Source: Bacillota bacterium | Lineage (GTDB): Bacteria; Bacillota_I; Bacilli_A; RF39; UBA660 | Direction of reading: 5' to 3' | Length of the DNA: 64,000 nucleotides | NCBI GenBank assembly: GCA_015059365.1 | Contig: SVAO01000001.1 | Coordinates: 216-64,215 of the forward strand | In this document: one piece after another, positions 30,059-40,488 of the stretch | Layout: each line of letters opens with the position of its first letter | How positions within the stretch are numbered: the stretch's first letter is position 1 | Position numbers and translations under genes: made by a program | The notes under the pieces: generated by a model | What the model saw: the letters and a program-made list of their open reading frames with translations, nothing else | Database searches by the model: none | Told to the model about the DNA's origin: nothing

Positions 30059-30109
30059 GTGGAAAAAGTAGACAAAATGTATACCTGGGGGGGGGTATTT
30101 AAAAACTAA
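30059..30109 (+). other. Putative leader uORF (16 aa) containing a G9 homopolymer
   Basis: TTGACA-17-TACAAT promoter at 30012-30040, AGGTGA RBS, GTG start, MEKVDKMYTWGGVFKN; G9 at 30087-30095. Confidence 0.5.
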
Positions 30110-30166
30110 ATTTAATTTATAGGTGGTATATTTTGATATCACCTAATAAGAAAAGGAGTAAGAGGT

Positions 30167-30751
30167 ATGGAAAGAAAAAATAGAGTATTAACTGTAATAG
30201 TAACAGTGCTAATGTTAGTAATTTTTGGTTTGGTAGGATTTATTATTTATGATAAAGTAATTAATAAAACAAATGAACCTAATATAGAAGATAATAATAA
30301 TGGAAATTCAAAAATTGAAGTAACATCTGGATTGAAGTCTGAATTAAGGAAATTAATTCCTACTGTTAAGTACTGTAATCAATATTTATATAAACAATAT
30401 AATGGTAGTTCATTTAAAAGTACTGATTTAACTCAAGAGGATAAAACATCAAATTTTGATGAATGCCAGGGGATTTTAGGTGTTTATCACACTGAGTATA
30501 AATATGACAGTACAGACAAAGAAGTATATTTATATGACTATGTTTTATTGTATGATCAAGAAGGTTCGGATGAATGTTCTGGATGTTCTTATGGAAAAGA
30601 TTACAATAACATAAATATTAAAGAAAGTAGTATTGAAATTATAAATAACAAAGTTTCAGATTCATCGCTAAAAAAATATGGACAAGTTTATAAATACACA
30701 TTCAAATTAATTGATGGTAATTATGAATATGTAAGTACTGAAGCAAACTAA
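30167..30751 (+). CDS. Membrane-anchored extracellular hypothetical protein
   Basis: N-terminal TM, Asn-rich linker, four Cys, C-terminal YKYTFKLIDGNYEYVS. Confidence 0.8.
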   Translation: MERKNRVLTVIVTVLMLVIFGLVGFIIYDKVINKTNEPNIEDNNNGNSKIEVTSGLKSELRKLIPTVKYCNQYLYKQYNGSSFKSTDLTQEDKTSNFDECQGILGVYHTEYKYDSTDKEVYLYDYVLLYDQEGSDECSGCSYGKDYNNINIKESSIEIINNKVSDSSLKKYGQVYKYTFKLIDGNYEYVSTEAN

Positions 30752-30882
30752 AGGTAGAAGCAAATGTGATTCATTTGCTTTTTTTAAATAATTTAAAAAA
30801 AGAGGTTTTAATTTTTATAAATGTGTGTTAAAATTATCTATAGTAGAGTGGGTAGAGGCCCCTGGATTTTAGGAGGATAAAT

Positions 30883-31296
30883 ATGGGATTTTTAAAGAAA
30901 ATGTTTAAAGAAGAGGAAAATGATTTTTTTAATACTAATAATGTTAGTGATTCATATTATAATTTAAAGCCAGAAGAAGCTTTGGCGGAGAATGATGGCG
31001 GTTCTAAGATGATTCTTTTAGAACCACGTGCTTATTCTGAATCACAACAAATAGTAGATCATTTAAAAAATAGAAATACAGTAGTAGTTAATTTAAAAAG
31101 AGTTACTAGTGATCAAGCTAAGAGAATTGTTGATTTCTTAAGTGGAACAATTTATGCGATTGGTGGAGAAATCCAAAAAATTGGTGGAGGAATTTTCTTA
31201 TGTACACCAAACAATGTAAATATTCAAGGTAAGATTACTGATGAAAAAGACGGTAAAGATATTCATGATAACGACGATATTAATATAGAATGGTAA
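30883..31296 (+). CDS. sepF: Cell division protein SepF
   Basis: [25 protein letters not shown]. Confidence 0.96.
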   Translation: MGFLKKMFKEEENDFFNTNNVSDSYYNLKPEEALAENDGGSKMILLEPRAYSESQQIVDHLKNRNTVVVNLKRVTSDQAKRIVDFLSGTIYAIGGEIQKIGGGIFLCTPNNVNIQGKITDEKDGKDIHDNDDINIEW

Positions 31297-31358
31297 AAAT
31301 GTTTTGAAAAAAAGAAAATAGTGTGCTACAATATCGTGTAGTGCCAATGAGGTGAGTT

Positions 31359-31808
31359 ATGGAAAAATTTACAAAGACACTTCGTGGCTATGATCCTAAT
31401 GAGGTAAATGCTTTTATTGATCAGATTATTAACCAAGTTGAACATATGGTTAATGATATTAAAGTTAAGAATAACAAGATTACTAGTTTGGAAGAGGAAG
31501 TTGCTAATTTGAAACACAAACTAGAACAATACGAGAGAATGGAAGCGACCTTGAATAGGGCAATAATTATGGCAGAACGTACAAGTGAACAAATAAAGTT
31601 GACTGCACATCAAGAAAGTGAAACACTTATTAATGATGCAAAAAGAAATGCGAATAGAATTGTTAATGACGCTTTACTTCGTGCGGAGAAAACAGAAATG
31701 GAAGCAGATATGTTACGCCGTAATGTAACCATTTTTAAACGTCGTTTAAAAGAAATAATTGAAACTCAATTAGAAATGGTTAACGATATTGAAAAAGTTA
31801 ATTTTTAA
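31359..31808 (+). CDS. divIVA: Cell division protein DivIVA
   Basis: FTKTLRGYDPNEVNAFID followed by coiled coil. Confidence 0.95.
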   Translation: MEKFTKTLRGYDPNEVNAFIDQIINQVEHMVNDIKVKNNKITSLEEEVANLKHKLEQYERMEATLNRAIIMAERTSEQIKLTAHQESETLINDAKRNANRIVNDALLRAEKTEMEADMLRRNVTIFKRRLKEIIETQLEMVNDIEKVNF

Positions 31809-31811
31809 AAC

Positions 31812-32017
31812 AAAAGAAAGAGACGTTATAATAAACTTTTTTAAAGAGAGTCTATGGTTGGTGTGAATAGATAAAAAAGCATTATAAGAATCACTCTGGA
31901 TGTATTTGGTGGATAAAGCTAAATCGGTAACGCGTTATAGTTTTAAGTGTATAAGTATTTATAAAATAAGGTGGTACCGCGGGTAATGCTCGTCCTTAAA
32001 ATAGGTACTTTTTTTTT
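31812..32017 (+). promoter_or_regulatory. T-box riboswitch (Ile)
   Basis: AGAGAG/GGTG motifs, specifier ATC at 31890-31892, AAGGTGGTACCGCG T-box, T-run terminator. Confidence 0.92.
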
Positions 32018-32036
32018 ACATTAATAGGAGGTTAGT

Positions 32037-35000
32037 ATGAAAAAGTTTGAAGCACTAGATAAAAGAAAAATAAATGAGGTTGAAAAAGATATTTTAAAAT
32101 ATTGGGAAGAACACAAAATTTTTGAAAAATCTATTGAAAATCGTAGTAAAGATAATAATTTTGTTTTCTATGATGGTCCAGCGACCGCTAATGGTATGCC
32201 AGGATTACATCATATGTTACCTAAAGTTTTAAAAGATACTTTTGGAAAGTATCAAACTATGAAAGGACATAGAGTACTTCGTAAAGTAGGATGGGATACT
32301 CATGGCCTTCCAGTAGAATTACAGGTTGAAAAACAATTAGGGTTTAAGTCTAAAAATGATATTGAAAAATATGGAATTGAACCTTTTAATCAAAAATGCC
32401 GTGAAAGTGTTTGGGAAAATGAAGCTGCATTTACACGTCTTACTAAAGAAATGGGACAATTTATTGATCTAGAACATCCTTATGTGACATATGATAATAA
32501 CTACATTGAAACAGAATGGTGGATTTTAAAGAAATTTTTTGATGAAAATTTATTTTATGAAGGATATAAAATTTTACCATATTGTCCTAGATGTGGAACT
32601 GGTCTTGCTAGTCATGAGGTTGCTCAAGGATATAAAGATGTTACAGTTAATACAGTGACAGTTCCATTTAAATTAAAAGATGAAGATTGTTACTTTTTAG
32701 TATGGACAACAACACCTTGGACCTTAATGGCCAATGTTGGTTTGTGTGTTAATCCAAATGAAGAATACATTAAAGCAGAATCTATGGGATATAAGTTTAT
32801 AGTTGCTAAAAAACTTGCTAATAAAGTTTTAGGTGATGAATATGAGATTTTAGAAACTTATACTGGACGTGATTTAGAGTTTAAAGAATATGAACAATTA
32901 TTACCATTTATTAAAGTAAATAAAAAAGCATTCTTTGTAACATGTGATACATATGTAACCATGGAAGATGGTACAGGAATAGTTCATATTGCCCCTGCGT
33001 TTGGTGCAGATGATTATGAAGTTGGAAAATTTTATGATTTACCAGTTGTAAATCCGGTAGGAGAAGATGGTAAATATTTAGAAGGACCATGGCAAGGAAG
33101 ATTTGTAATGGATTCTGACTTAGAACTTGATATTATTAAATATTTAAAAGAAAATGACAAACTATTTAAGAAAGAAAAATTAGTTCATAACTATCCACAT
33201 TGTTGGAGATGTGATACACCACTTCTTTATTATTCAAAACCAAGTTGGTATATTAAAACTACTGCATTTAAAGATAAGATTATTGAAAACAATAATACTG
33301 TTAATTGGCATCCATCATATGTTGGAGAGAAACGTTTTGATAATTGGTTAGAAAACATGAATGACTGGGCTGTATCAAGAAGTCGTTATTGGGGAACCCC
33401 ACTTCCACTTTGGAGATGTGAGTGTGGATATGACCACATGATTGGTTCCAGAAAAGAATTAGTAGAAATGTCTATTGAAGAAATTGATGAAACAATTGAT
33501 TTGCATAGACCATATGTTGATGATGTTCATTTGAAATGTCCAAAATGTGGTAAACCAATGACTAGAGTGGTAGACGTTATCGATTGCTGGTTTGATTCAG
33601 GTGCTATGCCTTTTGCTCAATACCATTATCCTTTTGAAAATAAAGAATTATTTGAAGAACAATATCCAGCAGATTTTATTTCTGAAGGAATTGATCAAAC
33701 AAGAGGTTGGTTCTATGTACTTTTAGTTATTGGTACATTTGTAACTGGTAAGAGCCCATATAAAAACGTATTAGTTAATGATTTATTATTAGATAAATAT
33801 GGAAAGAAAATGCATAAAAGTAGAGGTAATGCAATTAATCCATTTGAATTAATTGAAAAATATGGGGCTGATACAATTAGATGGTATTTACCTTATGTAT
33901 CACCAGTATGGACACCAATTAAATTTGATGAAGAAGGATTAAAAGAAGTTTATTCTAAATTTATTAGTACATTAAAAAATACTTATTCATTCTTTGAAAT
34001 GTATGCAAATGCTGATAATGTTGATCCTCGTACTTATAGTGTTGAATATGAAGAACGTGATATTACTGATAAATGGTTGCTTTCTAAATTAAATAAGTTA
34101 ATTAAAGATGTAACTAATGCTTATGATGAATATGATTTAACACGTGTTGTAAGAAGTGTCACTAATTTCATTAATGAGGATTTATCGAACTGGTATATCC
34201 GTGGTAATCGTCGTAGATTCTGGGAAAGTGAACTTACTTTAGATAAAAAAGCAGTTTATTTGACTACATATGAAGTTTTACTTGCTTTATCTAAATTAAT
34301 CGCACCACTTACTCCGTATATTGCTGAGGAAATGTATCAAAAATTAACAGGCTTAGAATCAGTTCATTTAGAAGATTTCCCTCAATATGATGAAAAAGTA
34401 ATAGATGAAAAAATAGAAGAAAAAATGGATTTAGTTAGAGATATTTGTTCTTTAGGAAGATTTGCTCGTGAAGAAGCTAAAATTAAAGTTAGACAACCAA
34501 TAAGTGAACTTATTTTAGCGTATGATAACAAACATTTAGTAGAAACTTTAGAAGATACTGTTAAAGAGGAATTAAATATTAAAAATATTTTATATATTGA
34601 AGATATGACTAAATATATGGACTATATAATTAAACCAAACTTTAAAGAAGTGGGAAGAGTATTAGGACCAAAAATAAAAGTTTTCCAAACAGAACTTACT
34701 AAATTAACTAATGAAGATATTGAAGCAATTAAAAATGGTTCTATTTTCATGGATTTAGATGGAGAAAAAATTGAGGTTAATTCTTCAATGGTAGATATTA
34801 CTGTTAAGGTAAAAGAAGGATATTGCAGTAGCAATAACGGAAAAACTTTTGTTATTTTAAACACAGAATTAACTGAAGAATTAATTACTGAAGGAATTGC
34901 TCGTGAATTAATTAGAAAAATTCAAAGTTTGCGTAAGGAAGCCGATTTAGTTATTACAGATCATATTAAAGTTTATTATAATGGTAATAGCCAAATTGAT

Positions 35001-35132
35001 AAAGCTATTGATATGCATTATGAATTTATTTCAGGAGAAACTTTGGCAAACTCAATTACTAAAGTTGAATCTTTAACTGAAAGTTATGATATCAATGATA
35101 TTAAAACTTATTTAAGTATTGAAAGAGATTAG
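32037..35132 (+). CDS. ileS: Isoleucine-tRNA ligase, type 2
   Basis: YDGPATANG, GWDTHGLP, WTTTPWTL, GTGIVHIAP, SRSRYWGTP, EGIDQTRGWF, KVRQP; 1031 aa. Confidence 0.98.
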   Translation: MKKFEALDKRKINEVEKDILKYWEEHKIFEKSIENRSKDNNFVFYDGPATANGMPGLHHMLPKVLKDTFGKYQTMKGHRVLRKVGWDTHGLPVELQVEKQLGFKSKNDIEKYGIEPFNQKCRESVWENEAAFTRLTKEMGQFIDLEHPYVTYDNNYIETEWWILKKFFDENLFYEGYKILPYCPRCGTGLASHEVAQGYKDVTVNTVTVPFKLKDEDCYFLVWTTTPWTLMANVGLCVNPNEEYIKAESMGYKFIVAKKLANKVLGDEYEILETYTGRDLEFKEYEQLLPFIKVNKKAFFVTCDTYVTMEDGTGIVHIAPAFGADDYEVGKFYDLPVVNPVGEDGKYLEGPWQGRFVMDSDLELDIIKYLKENDKLFKKEKLVHNYPHCWRCDTPLLYYSKPSWYIKTTAFKDKIIENNNTVNWHPSYVGEKRFDNWLENMNDWAVSRSRYWGTPLPLWRCECGYDHMIGSRKELVEMSIEEIDETIDLHRPYVDDVHLKCPKCGKPMTRVVDVIDCWFDSGAMPFAQYHYPFENKELFEEQYPADFISEGIDQTRGWFYVLLVIGTFVTGKSPYKNVLVNDLLLDKYGKKMHKSRGNAINPFELIEKYGADTIRWYLPYVSPVWTPIKFDEEGLKEVYSKFISTLKNTYSFFEMYANADNVDPRTYSVEYEERDITDKWLLSKLNKLIKDVTNAYDEYDLTRVVRSVTNFINEDLSNWYIRGNRRRFWESELTLDKKAVYLTTYEVLLALSKLIAPLTPYIAEEMYQKLTGLESVHLEDFPQYDEKVIDEKIEEKMDLVRDICSLGRFAREEAKIKVRQPISELILAYDNKHLVETLEDTVKEELNIKNILYIEDMTKYMDYIIKPNFKEVGRVLGPKIKVFQTELTKLTNEDIEAIKNGSIFMDLDGEKIEVNSSMVDITVKVKEGYCSSNNGKTFVILNTELTEELITEGIARELIRKIQSLRKEADLVITDHIKVYYNGNSQIDKAIDMHYEFISGETLANSITKVESLTESYDINDIKTYLSIERD

Positions 35133-35257
35133 AGTTTTAAACTCTAATCTTTTTTTGATTAAAATATTTTTGCTACAGGATATAAAATGGTAATATAATA
35201 AACTTTTGTCAAATTTACATAAAACCCTTTACAAAGGGTATTTTTTGTACTAAAATA

Positions 35258-35291
35258 GTGGTAGACAGTGGTTAAATGTGGAGAAAAGTGG
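35258..35291 (+). promoter_or_regulatory. MraZ-binding boxes
   Basis: Four GTGG repeats at exact 10-nt spacing (35258, 35268, 35278, 35288). Confidence 0.9.
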
Positions 35292-35299
35292 GTGATTTT

Positions 35300-35734
35300 A
35301 TGTTCATGGGGGAATATCATTACACAATAGACGACAAAGGCAGATTAACCATACCAGCTAAGTTAAGATATGAATTAGGTGAAAGTTTTATAGTAACACG
35401 TGGATTAGATGGGTGTTTATTTATATATCCAAAAAGTGAATGGGAAAATATAATCCATAAATATAAAGAGTTACCTAATACTAAAGATGCTCGTAATTTT
35501 ATGCGTTTCTTCTTATCTGGGGCTACTGTATGTGAATTTGATAAACAAGGGAGAATTAACATTAATGCACCATTAATGAAATATGCAGATTTAACCAAAG
35601 ATTGCATAATTATTGGTGTAAATGACAGACTTGAAATTTGGAGTAAAGAACGTTGGGAAGAATTTATTGATGTTAATGAAGATAGTTTATCAGATATTGC
35701 GGACAAGTTATTTTCTAGTAATTTAAATATTTAG
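35300..35734 (+). CDS. mraZ: Transcriptional regulator MraZ
   Basis: MFMGEY..IDDKGR..IP, DKQGRI, LEIWS. Confidence 0.98.
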   Translation: MFMGEYHYTIDDKGRLTIPAKLRYELGESFIVTRGLDGCLFIYPKSEWENIIHKYKELPNTKDARNFMRFFLSGATVCEFDKQGRININAPLMKYADLTKDCIIIGVNDRLEIWSKERWEEFIDVNEDSLSDIADKLFSSNLNI

Positions 35735-35742
35735 GAGGAAAT

Positions 35743-36660
35743 ATGCATAAGAGTGTTTTACTTGAAGAGTCTTTAAAATTTTTAAATATAAAAGAAAATA
35801 GCGTTATTGTTGATTGTACATTAGGATATGGCGGGCATAGTAGTAACATATTAAAAGAAATTAAAAAGGGGTTTCTTTTCGCCTTTGATCAAGATGATGA
35901 AGCAATCAAATTTAGTCATGACAGGTTAGAGAAAATCAGCGACAATTATGAAATCATCCGCAGTAATTTTGTTCACTTAAAAAAAGAATTAGAATTGAGA
36001 AACGTTTCTCAAGTGGATGGAATTTTATATGATTTAGGTGTTTCAAGTCCACAGTTAGATGAATCAGAGCGTGGATTTAGTTTCCATAATGATGCAAAAC
36101 TTGATATGAGAATGGATACAACAGCAAGTCTTTCAGCTTATGAAGTAGTAAATAACTACTCTTACGATGAACTAGTTAGAATCTTTAGAGATTATGGTGA
36201 GGAAAAGTTTGCTACATCTATTGCTAAAAAAATAGTAAATGTAAGGCAAAAAAAAAATATAGAAACTACATTAGAACTAGTCGATATAGTTAAATCTAGT
36301 GTTCCAGAAAAGTATAAAAGAGAAAAGCATCCTGCAAGAAAAGTTTTTCAAGCGATTAGAATTGAAGTTAACAATGAACTTGGAGTGTTTGAGGACAGTT
36401 TGAACCAAGCTTTAGATATGATTAAGGTTGGGGGAAGGATTTGTGTTATAACATTTCATTCATTAGAAGATAGAATGTGTAAAGAGATATTTAAGAGGGT
36501 TAGCAGTGTTGATAAGGAATTACAAAAATTACCAATAATTCCAGAAAAGTATCAACCTAGGTTTAAAGTTATTGCAAATATTGAACCAAGTGATAAAGAA
36601 ATAGAAGAAAATAATCGTTCAAGAAGTGCAAGATTAAGAGTAATCGAGAGGGTTAGATAA
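35743..36660 (+). CDS. rsmH: 16S rRNA m4C1402 methyltransferase
   Basis: HKSVLL, DCTLGYGGHS, DLGVSSPQLD..RGFSF, FHSLEDR, RSRSARLR. Confidence 0.98.
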   Translation: MHKSVLLEESLKFLNIKENSVIVDCTLGYGGHSSNILKEIKKGFLFAFDQDDEAIKFSHDRLEKISDNYEIIRSNFVHLKKELELRNVSQVDGILYDLGVSSPQLDESERGFSFHNDAKLDMRMDTTASLSAYEVVNNYSYDELVRIFRDYGEEKFATSIAKKIVNVRQKKNIETTLELVDIVKSSVPEKYKREKHPARKVFQAIRIEVNNELGVFEDSLNQALDMIKVGGRICVITFHSLEDRMCKEIFKRVSSVDKELQKLPIIPEKYQPRFKVIANIEPSDKEIEENNRSRSARLRVIERVR

Positions 36661-36661
36661 C

Positions 36662-36958
36662 ATGCAGAAGAAAAGAACAAAAATAGTTAGGTTTACTAAA
36701 GGAGAAAAACTATTGTATGGGTGTGCAATAGTTGCTTTAACTTGTACTTTTTTAATAAAAATATTTTGTGGTGCGGGAGTAGGGCATTTAAACATGAGTG
36801 TCGAAAAACTTCAGTATAATATTAATACACAAAGAAAAACTAACGAAAGTTTAACTATGAAAATTAATGAGTTAACTGCATTTGACAATGTAAAAGATCT
36901 AGTTAAAGATATGGGATTGGCATATAACAATGAAAATGTTATAATTATTGGTGAATAG
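36662..36958 (+). CDS. ftsL: Cell division protein FtsL
   Basis: TM plus coiled coil ending ..DMGL, at the rsmH-pbp position. Confidence 0.85.
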   Translation: MQKKRTKIVRFTKGEKLLYGCAIVALTCTFLIKIFCGAGVGHLNMSVEKLQYNINTQRKTNESLTMKINELTAFDNVKDLVKDMGLAYNNENVIIIGE

Positions 36959-36970
36959 TCGAGGTGGCAT

Positions 36971-39112
36971 ATGAAAACAAGAAAGGAAAAAAATCAATCT
37001 TGGAGTTTTCCAGGAAAAGTTTTTATTACTTTTCTTGTTTTTATTTTGATTCTTTTTGTTCAATATGCGTATGTTGCATTATTTCCTTCAGTATATGGAA
37101 TAAATATGGAAAAATTTGCAAGTAACCGTTATACAGTAAGTTCTATTTTAAGAGCAAAGAGAGGAAATCTTTTTGATTCAGAAGGTAATCTTCTTGCACT
37201 TAATGTATCATCCTATACAGTGATTGCTTATCTTTCAGAAAGTCGTACAGGTAGTTCAAAAATTCCTTTGCATGTTGTAGATAAACAAGCAACCGCAGAA
37301 GCTTTATCGCCTTTAATAAATATGAGTGTAGAAACTATTTTGGGTTTATTAAATAGAAATGCTTATCAAGTTGAACTTGGTCCTGGAGGTAGAGGGATTA
37401 CAGAATTAAAAAAAGAGGAAATAGAAGATTTAAATTTACCTGGAATTGATTTTATAGAGGATCAAAAAAGGTATTATCCTAATGGGGATTTTGCGTCATA
37501 TATTTTGGGTTATGCTAAAAAGCAAGAAGATGGAACTATTTTAGGTGAACTTGGCATTGAATCAAAATATGAAAGTATTTTAAAAGGAACTGATGGTAGT
37601 ACACAGTATCAACAAGATCGCTATGGTTATAAAATACCCGATACTCCAGAAACTACAATTGAACCAATTGATGGTAGCGATATTTATTTAACTATTGATT
37701 CGGGCGTTCAAAGATTTTTAGAATCAGCCATGAAAGAGAATAATAAAAAATATTCTCCTGAGTGGGCAGTATTAACAGTTATGGATGCGAAGACAGGAAA
37801 GATATTAGGAAGTTCAACAACACCTTCATATGATCCGAATATACTTAATATCACTAATTATGAAAATCCCTTAGTTACTTATGCATATGAGCCTGGAAGT
37901 ACTATGAAAATATATTCATACATGTGTGTAATGGAAAATAGTAATTATAATGGTGAATTAACTTATAAATCTGGTCATATTGATATTGGTGAAGAATCAA
38001 TTCAAGATTGGAATGGTAAAGGTTGGGGACATATTACTTATGATTTAGGTTTTGAATATTCAAGTAATGTGGCAATTGTAGAATTAGTTCAACAAAATAT
38101 AAATAAACAGATTTTAAAAGAATGTTATCAAAAATATGGCTTTGGTCAGTTAACAGGTGTTGAGTTAAGTCGTGAGCAATCAGGTAGTCTTAAGTTTAAT
38201 TATCCGATCGAGGTTGCAACAGCTTCGTTTGGGCAAGGAATTGCTACAACACCAATTCAAAATTTACAAGCACTAACAATAATTGCTAACAATGGTAAAA
38301 TGGTTAAACCAAAGATTATTGAAAAAATTGTAGACTCAAAGACTGGAGAAATCACTTATGAATATTCTTTAGATATGAGTGAACAAATTGTTAGCGTAGA
38401 AACTATAAATAAGATAAAAGAATTAATGAATAATGTTGTTACTGGAGAAAATGAAGGAACAACTGGAAGACTTTACAATATTGAAGGTTTAGATATTATT
38501 GGTAAAACTGGAACTTCTCAATATTATGATATTGAAGGTGGTGGATATAGTACTGGTAAGAATAACTATATTTATTCTTTTGCAGGTATGTTTCCGAAAG
38601 ACAATCCAGAAATAATAATTTATGGTTCTGTCAAGAATCCTTCTTGGAATACAAGTGTTGGTTTAGCTAATATGGTTACTACTGTTTCTAAAGATATTGC
38701 TAAATATTTAAATATAAATATGGAAACAAATAAAGATGACTTGACTAAAGAATATATTGTAGAATCATTTATTAATAATGATGTTGATGATGTTGTAAAA
38801 AAACTTCAAGATTATGGAATAAAAACTACTATAATTGGAGAGGGTAACAAAGTTATAAGACAATCAGCTATGGTTAATAGTACTCTTTTAAGTGGAGATA
38901 GAGTTGTTTTGATAACTAATGATAAAAATATAACAATGCCTAGTGTTCGTGGATGGTCTAGAAGAGAAATAATTATTTTGTGTGATTTATTAAATATAAA
39001 ATATGAATTCGAGGGATATGGGTATGCTATAAGTCAAAGCATTGCGGCAGGAGAAGTTATTAACAAAGATACAGTATTAACTACTATTTTAGAAAGCAAA
39101 TTAGAAGAATAA
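36971..39112 (+). CDS. pbpB: Class B penicillin-binding protein (PBP2B/FtsI) with PASTA domains
   Basis: AKRG, RYYPNG, EPGSTMK, SSN, GKTGT. Confidence 0.93.
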   Translation: MKTRKEKNQSWSFPGKVFITFLVFILILFVQYAYVALFPSVYGINMEKFASNRYTVSSILRAKRGNLFDSEGNLLALNVSSYTVIAYLSESRTGSSKIPLHVVDKQATAEALSPLINMSVETILGLLNRNAYQVELGPGGRGITELKKEEIEDLNLPGIDFIEDQKRYYPNGDFASYILGYAKKQEDGTILGELGIESKYESILKGTDGSTQYQQDRYGYKIPDTPETTIEPIDGSDIYLTIDSGVQRFLESAMKENNKKYSPEWAVLTVMDAKTGKILGSSTTPSYDPNILNITNYENPLVTYAYEPGSTMKIYSYMCVMENSNYNGELTYKSGHIDIGEESIQDWNGKGWGHITYDLGFEYSSNVAIVELVQQNINKQILKECYQKYGFGQLTGVELSREQSGSLKFNYPIEVATASFGQGIATTPIQNLQALTIIANNGKMVKPKIIEKIVDSKTGEITYEYSLDMSEQIVSVETINKIKELMNNVVTGENEGTTGRLYNIEGLDIIGKTGTSQYYDIEGGGYSTGKNNYIYSFAGMFPKDNPEIIIYGSVKNPSWNTSVGLANMVTTVSKDIAKYLNINMETNKDDLTKEYIVESFINNDVDDVVKKLQDYGIKTTIIGEGNKVIRQSAMVNSTLLSGDRVVLITNDKNITMPSVRGWSRREIIILCDLLNIKYEFEGYGYAISQSIAAGEVINKDTVLTTILESKLEE

Positions 39113-39198
39113 TTTGCTTTTTTGTTTACAGATTTAAATGTAAAGATTATTGACGATTGGTTTATTCGGTGTTATTATTAAAATAGGTGGTGGCATAG

Positions 39199-40479
39199 AT
39201 GGAAGAAGAAAATAAAAAAACAGGTGGTACTTTTCATGTTGTAAGTGAGGAAAATATATATGATGATGATATTGTAGACAGATTTAGAGAATCCGGTGGT
39301 TTACATAGTAGTGAAACCAAAGAAGAATCAATAACAACGAAAGAAGGACGAAAAAAAGTTGTAAAAACAACACGAACAGTTACCGAAGAATATGTTACAA
39401 TTGATTTAAAAAATGGAATTAAAGCAAAACATGTTGATGGTAAGTTTGTAGTTCAGTTGCCTAATGGTAGTGAACAGTTTGTTACTGATGAAGAACTTAG
39501 TAAATGGTTTGAAAATGGAATTGGTGACGGTACATATGCTCGTGTAAATGGAGTTAGAAAAGTAACAGTGTATGAAAAGACTGAAGTGTTGAAAAAGAAA
39601 AAGAAGCGTGCTTTCTTTTTGTTATTGTTACTTCCTTTATTGTTAAGTTTATTATTAAGCCTTGGTAGATGTGGCAAAAAGCAAAACAATCAAGGTGGTG
39701 ATTTTAATATTTCAGATATTCCAGATATTCCTGATAATCCTGATGGTATAGTTCAGATTGATGATAGTATTAATGATATAGATAAAATCGTAAAGATGAT
39801 TTATCAGCAGAAGATTAGTGAAATTCTTGATGTTTTAGAACCAGGAATGATTGCTAAAGAAACAGCGGATGCTCTTGATGCTGCTGATTATGATATGGAA
39901 TTACTTAAAAAAAGCGGATGTGCTAGTGAAGATATTATTGATAATTATGGTACAATTTATAAAGGAATTATAAAACCAAGTGCTGATTATATACAAAGAT
40001 TGAATACATTTAGGGAAGCAATTAAAAATCCTGATAGTATGACTCCAGAACAAATGCTTTCAACAGCTCATGGATTATTAATGGAGTATCAACAAATGGT
40101 TGAAAATTCAATAGCTGCGGTTTCTCTACATGCTGATACTACAAAACGTTGCATTGATGAAGGTCTTAGAGATGAAAATTATGTATATCCATATAAACAC
40201 GAATTAGGTGTGTTAAATGAACAAAAACAAAATTTAGTAACGAGAGGAACAAAAATTGCTACATTACTTTCTTCTTTTTCCGAATTAGATAAATATAAAG
40301 AAGATATTATATCTGGTAAAATTAAATACACTGAAGTACAAAATGGAGTCATATTGTTTTTTGAAAATGGTGAGGTACAATTGGTTCAAACTGCTAGTTT
40401 TACATATAGTCAAGAAGGACCAAAACAAGATTTTGAACCTGACCAATTATCTAGTGGCGAAGACGAGAAAACACGTTAG
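39199..40479 (+). CDS. Hypothetical single-pass membrane protein inserted in the dcw cluster
   Basis: KKKKKR followed by a Leu-rich TM; own TTGACG/TATTAT promoter-like elements. Confidence 0.75.
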   Translation: MEEENKKTGGTFHVVSEENIYDDDIVDRFRESGGLHSSETKEESITTKEGRKKVVKTTRTVTEEYVTIDLKNGIKAKHVDGKFVVQLPNGSEQFVTDEELSKWFENGIGDGTYARVNGVRKVTVYEKTEVLKKKKKRAFFLLLLLPLLLSLLLSLGRCGKKQNNQGGDFNISDIPDIPDNPDGIVQIDDSINDIDKIVKMIYQQKISEILDVLEPGMIAKETADALDAADYDMELLKKSGCASEDIIDNYGTIYKGIIKPSADYIQRLNTFREAIKNPDSMTPEQMLSTAHGLLMEYQQMVENSIAAVSLHADTTKRCIDEGLRDENYVYPYKHELGVLNEQKQNLVTRGTKIATLLSSFSELDKYKEDIISGKIKYTEVQNGVILFFENGEVQLVQTASFTYSQEGPKQDFEPDQLSSGEDEKTR

Positions 40480-40488
40480 GAGGATAAT

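Noticed and set aside
16113-31944. Identical 22-mer ATCGGTAACGCGTTATAGTTTT in the pheS and ileS leaders
   Set aside because: It falls in the Stem IIA/B region of both T-boxes, so it is explained by riboswitch conservation rather than a mobile repeat
35258-35291. Regularly spaced GTGG repeats as a possible mini-array
   Set aside because: Known MraZ operator architecture; not CRISPR or iterons
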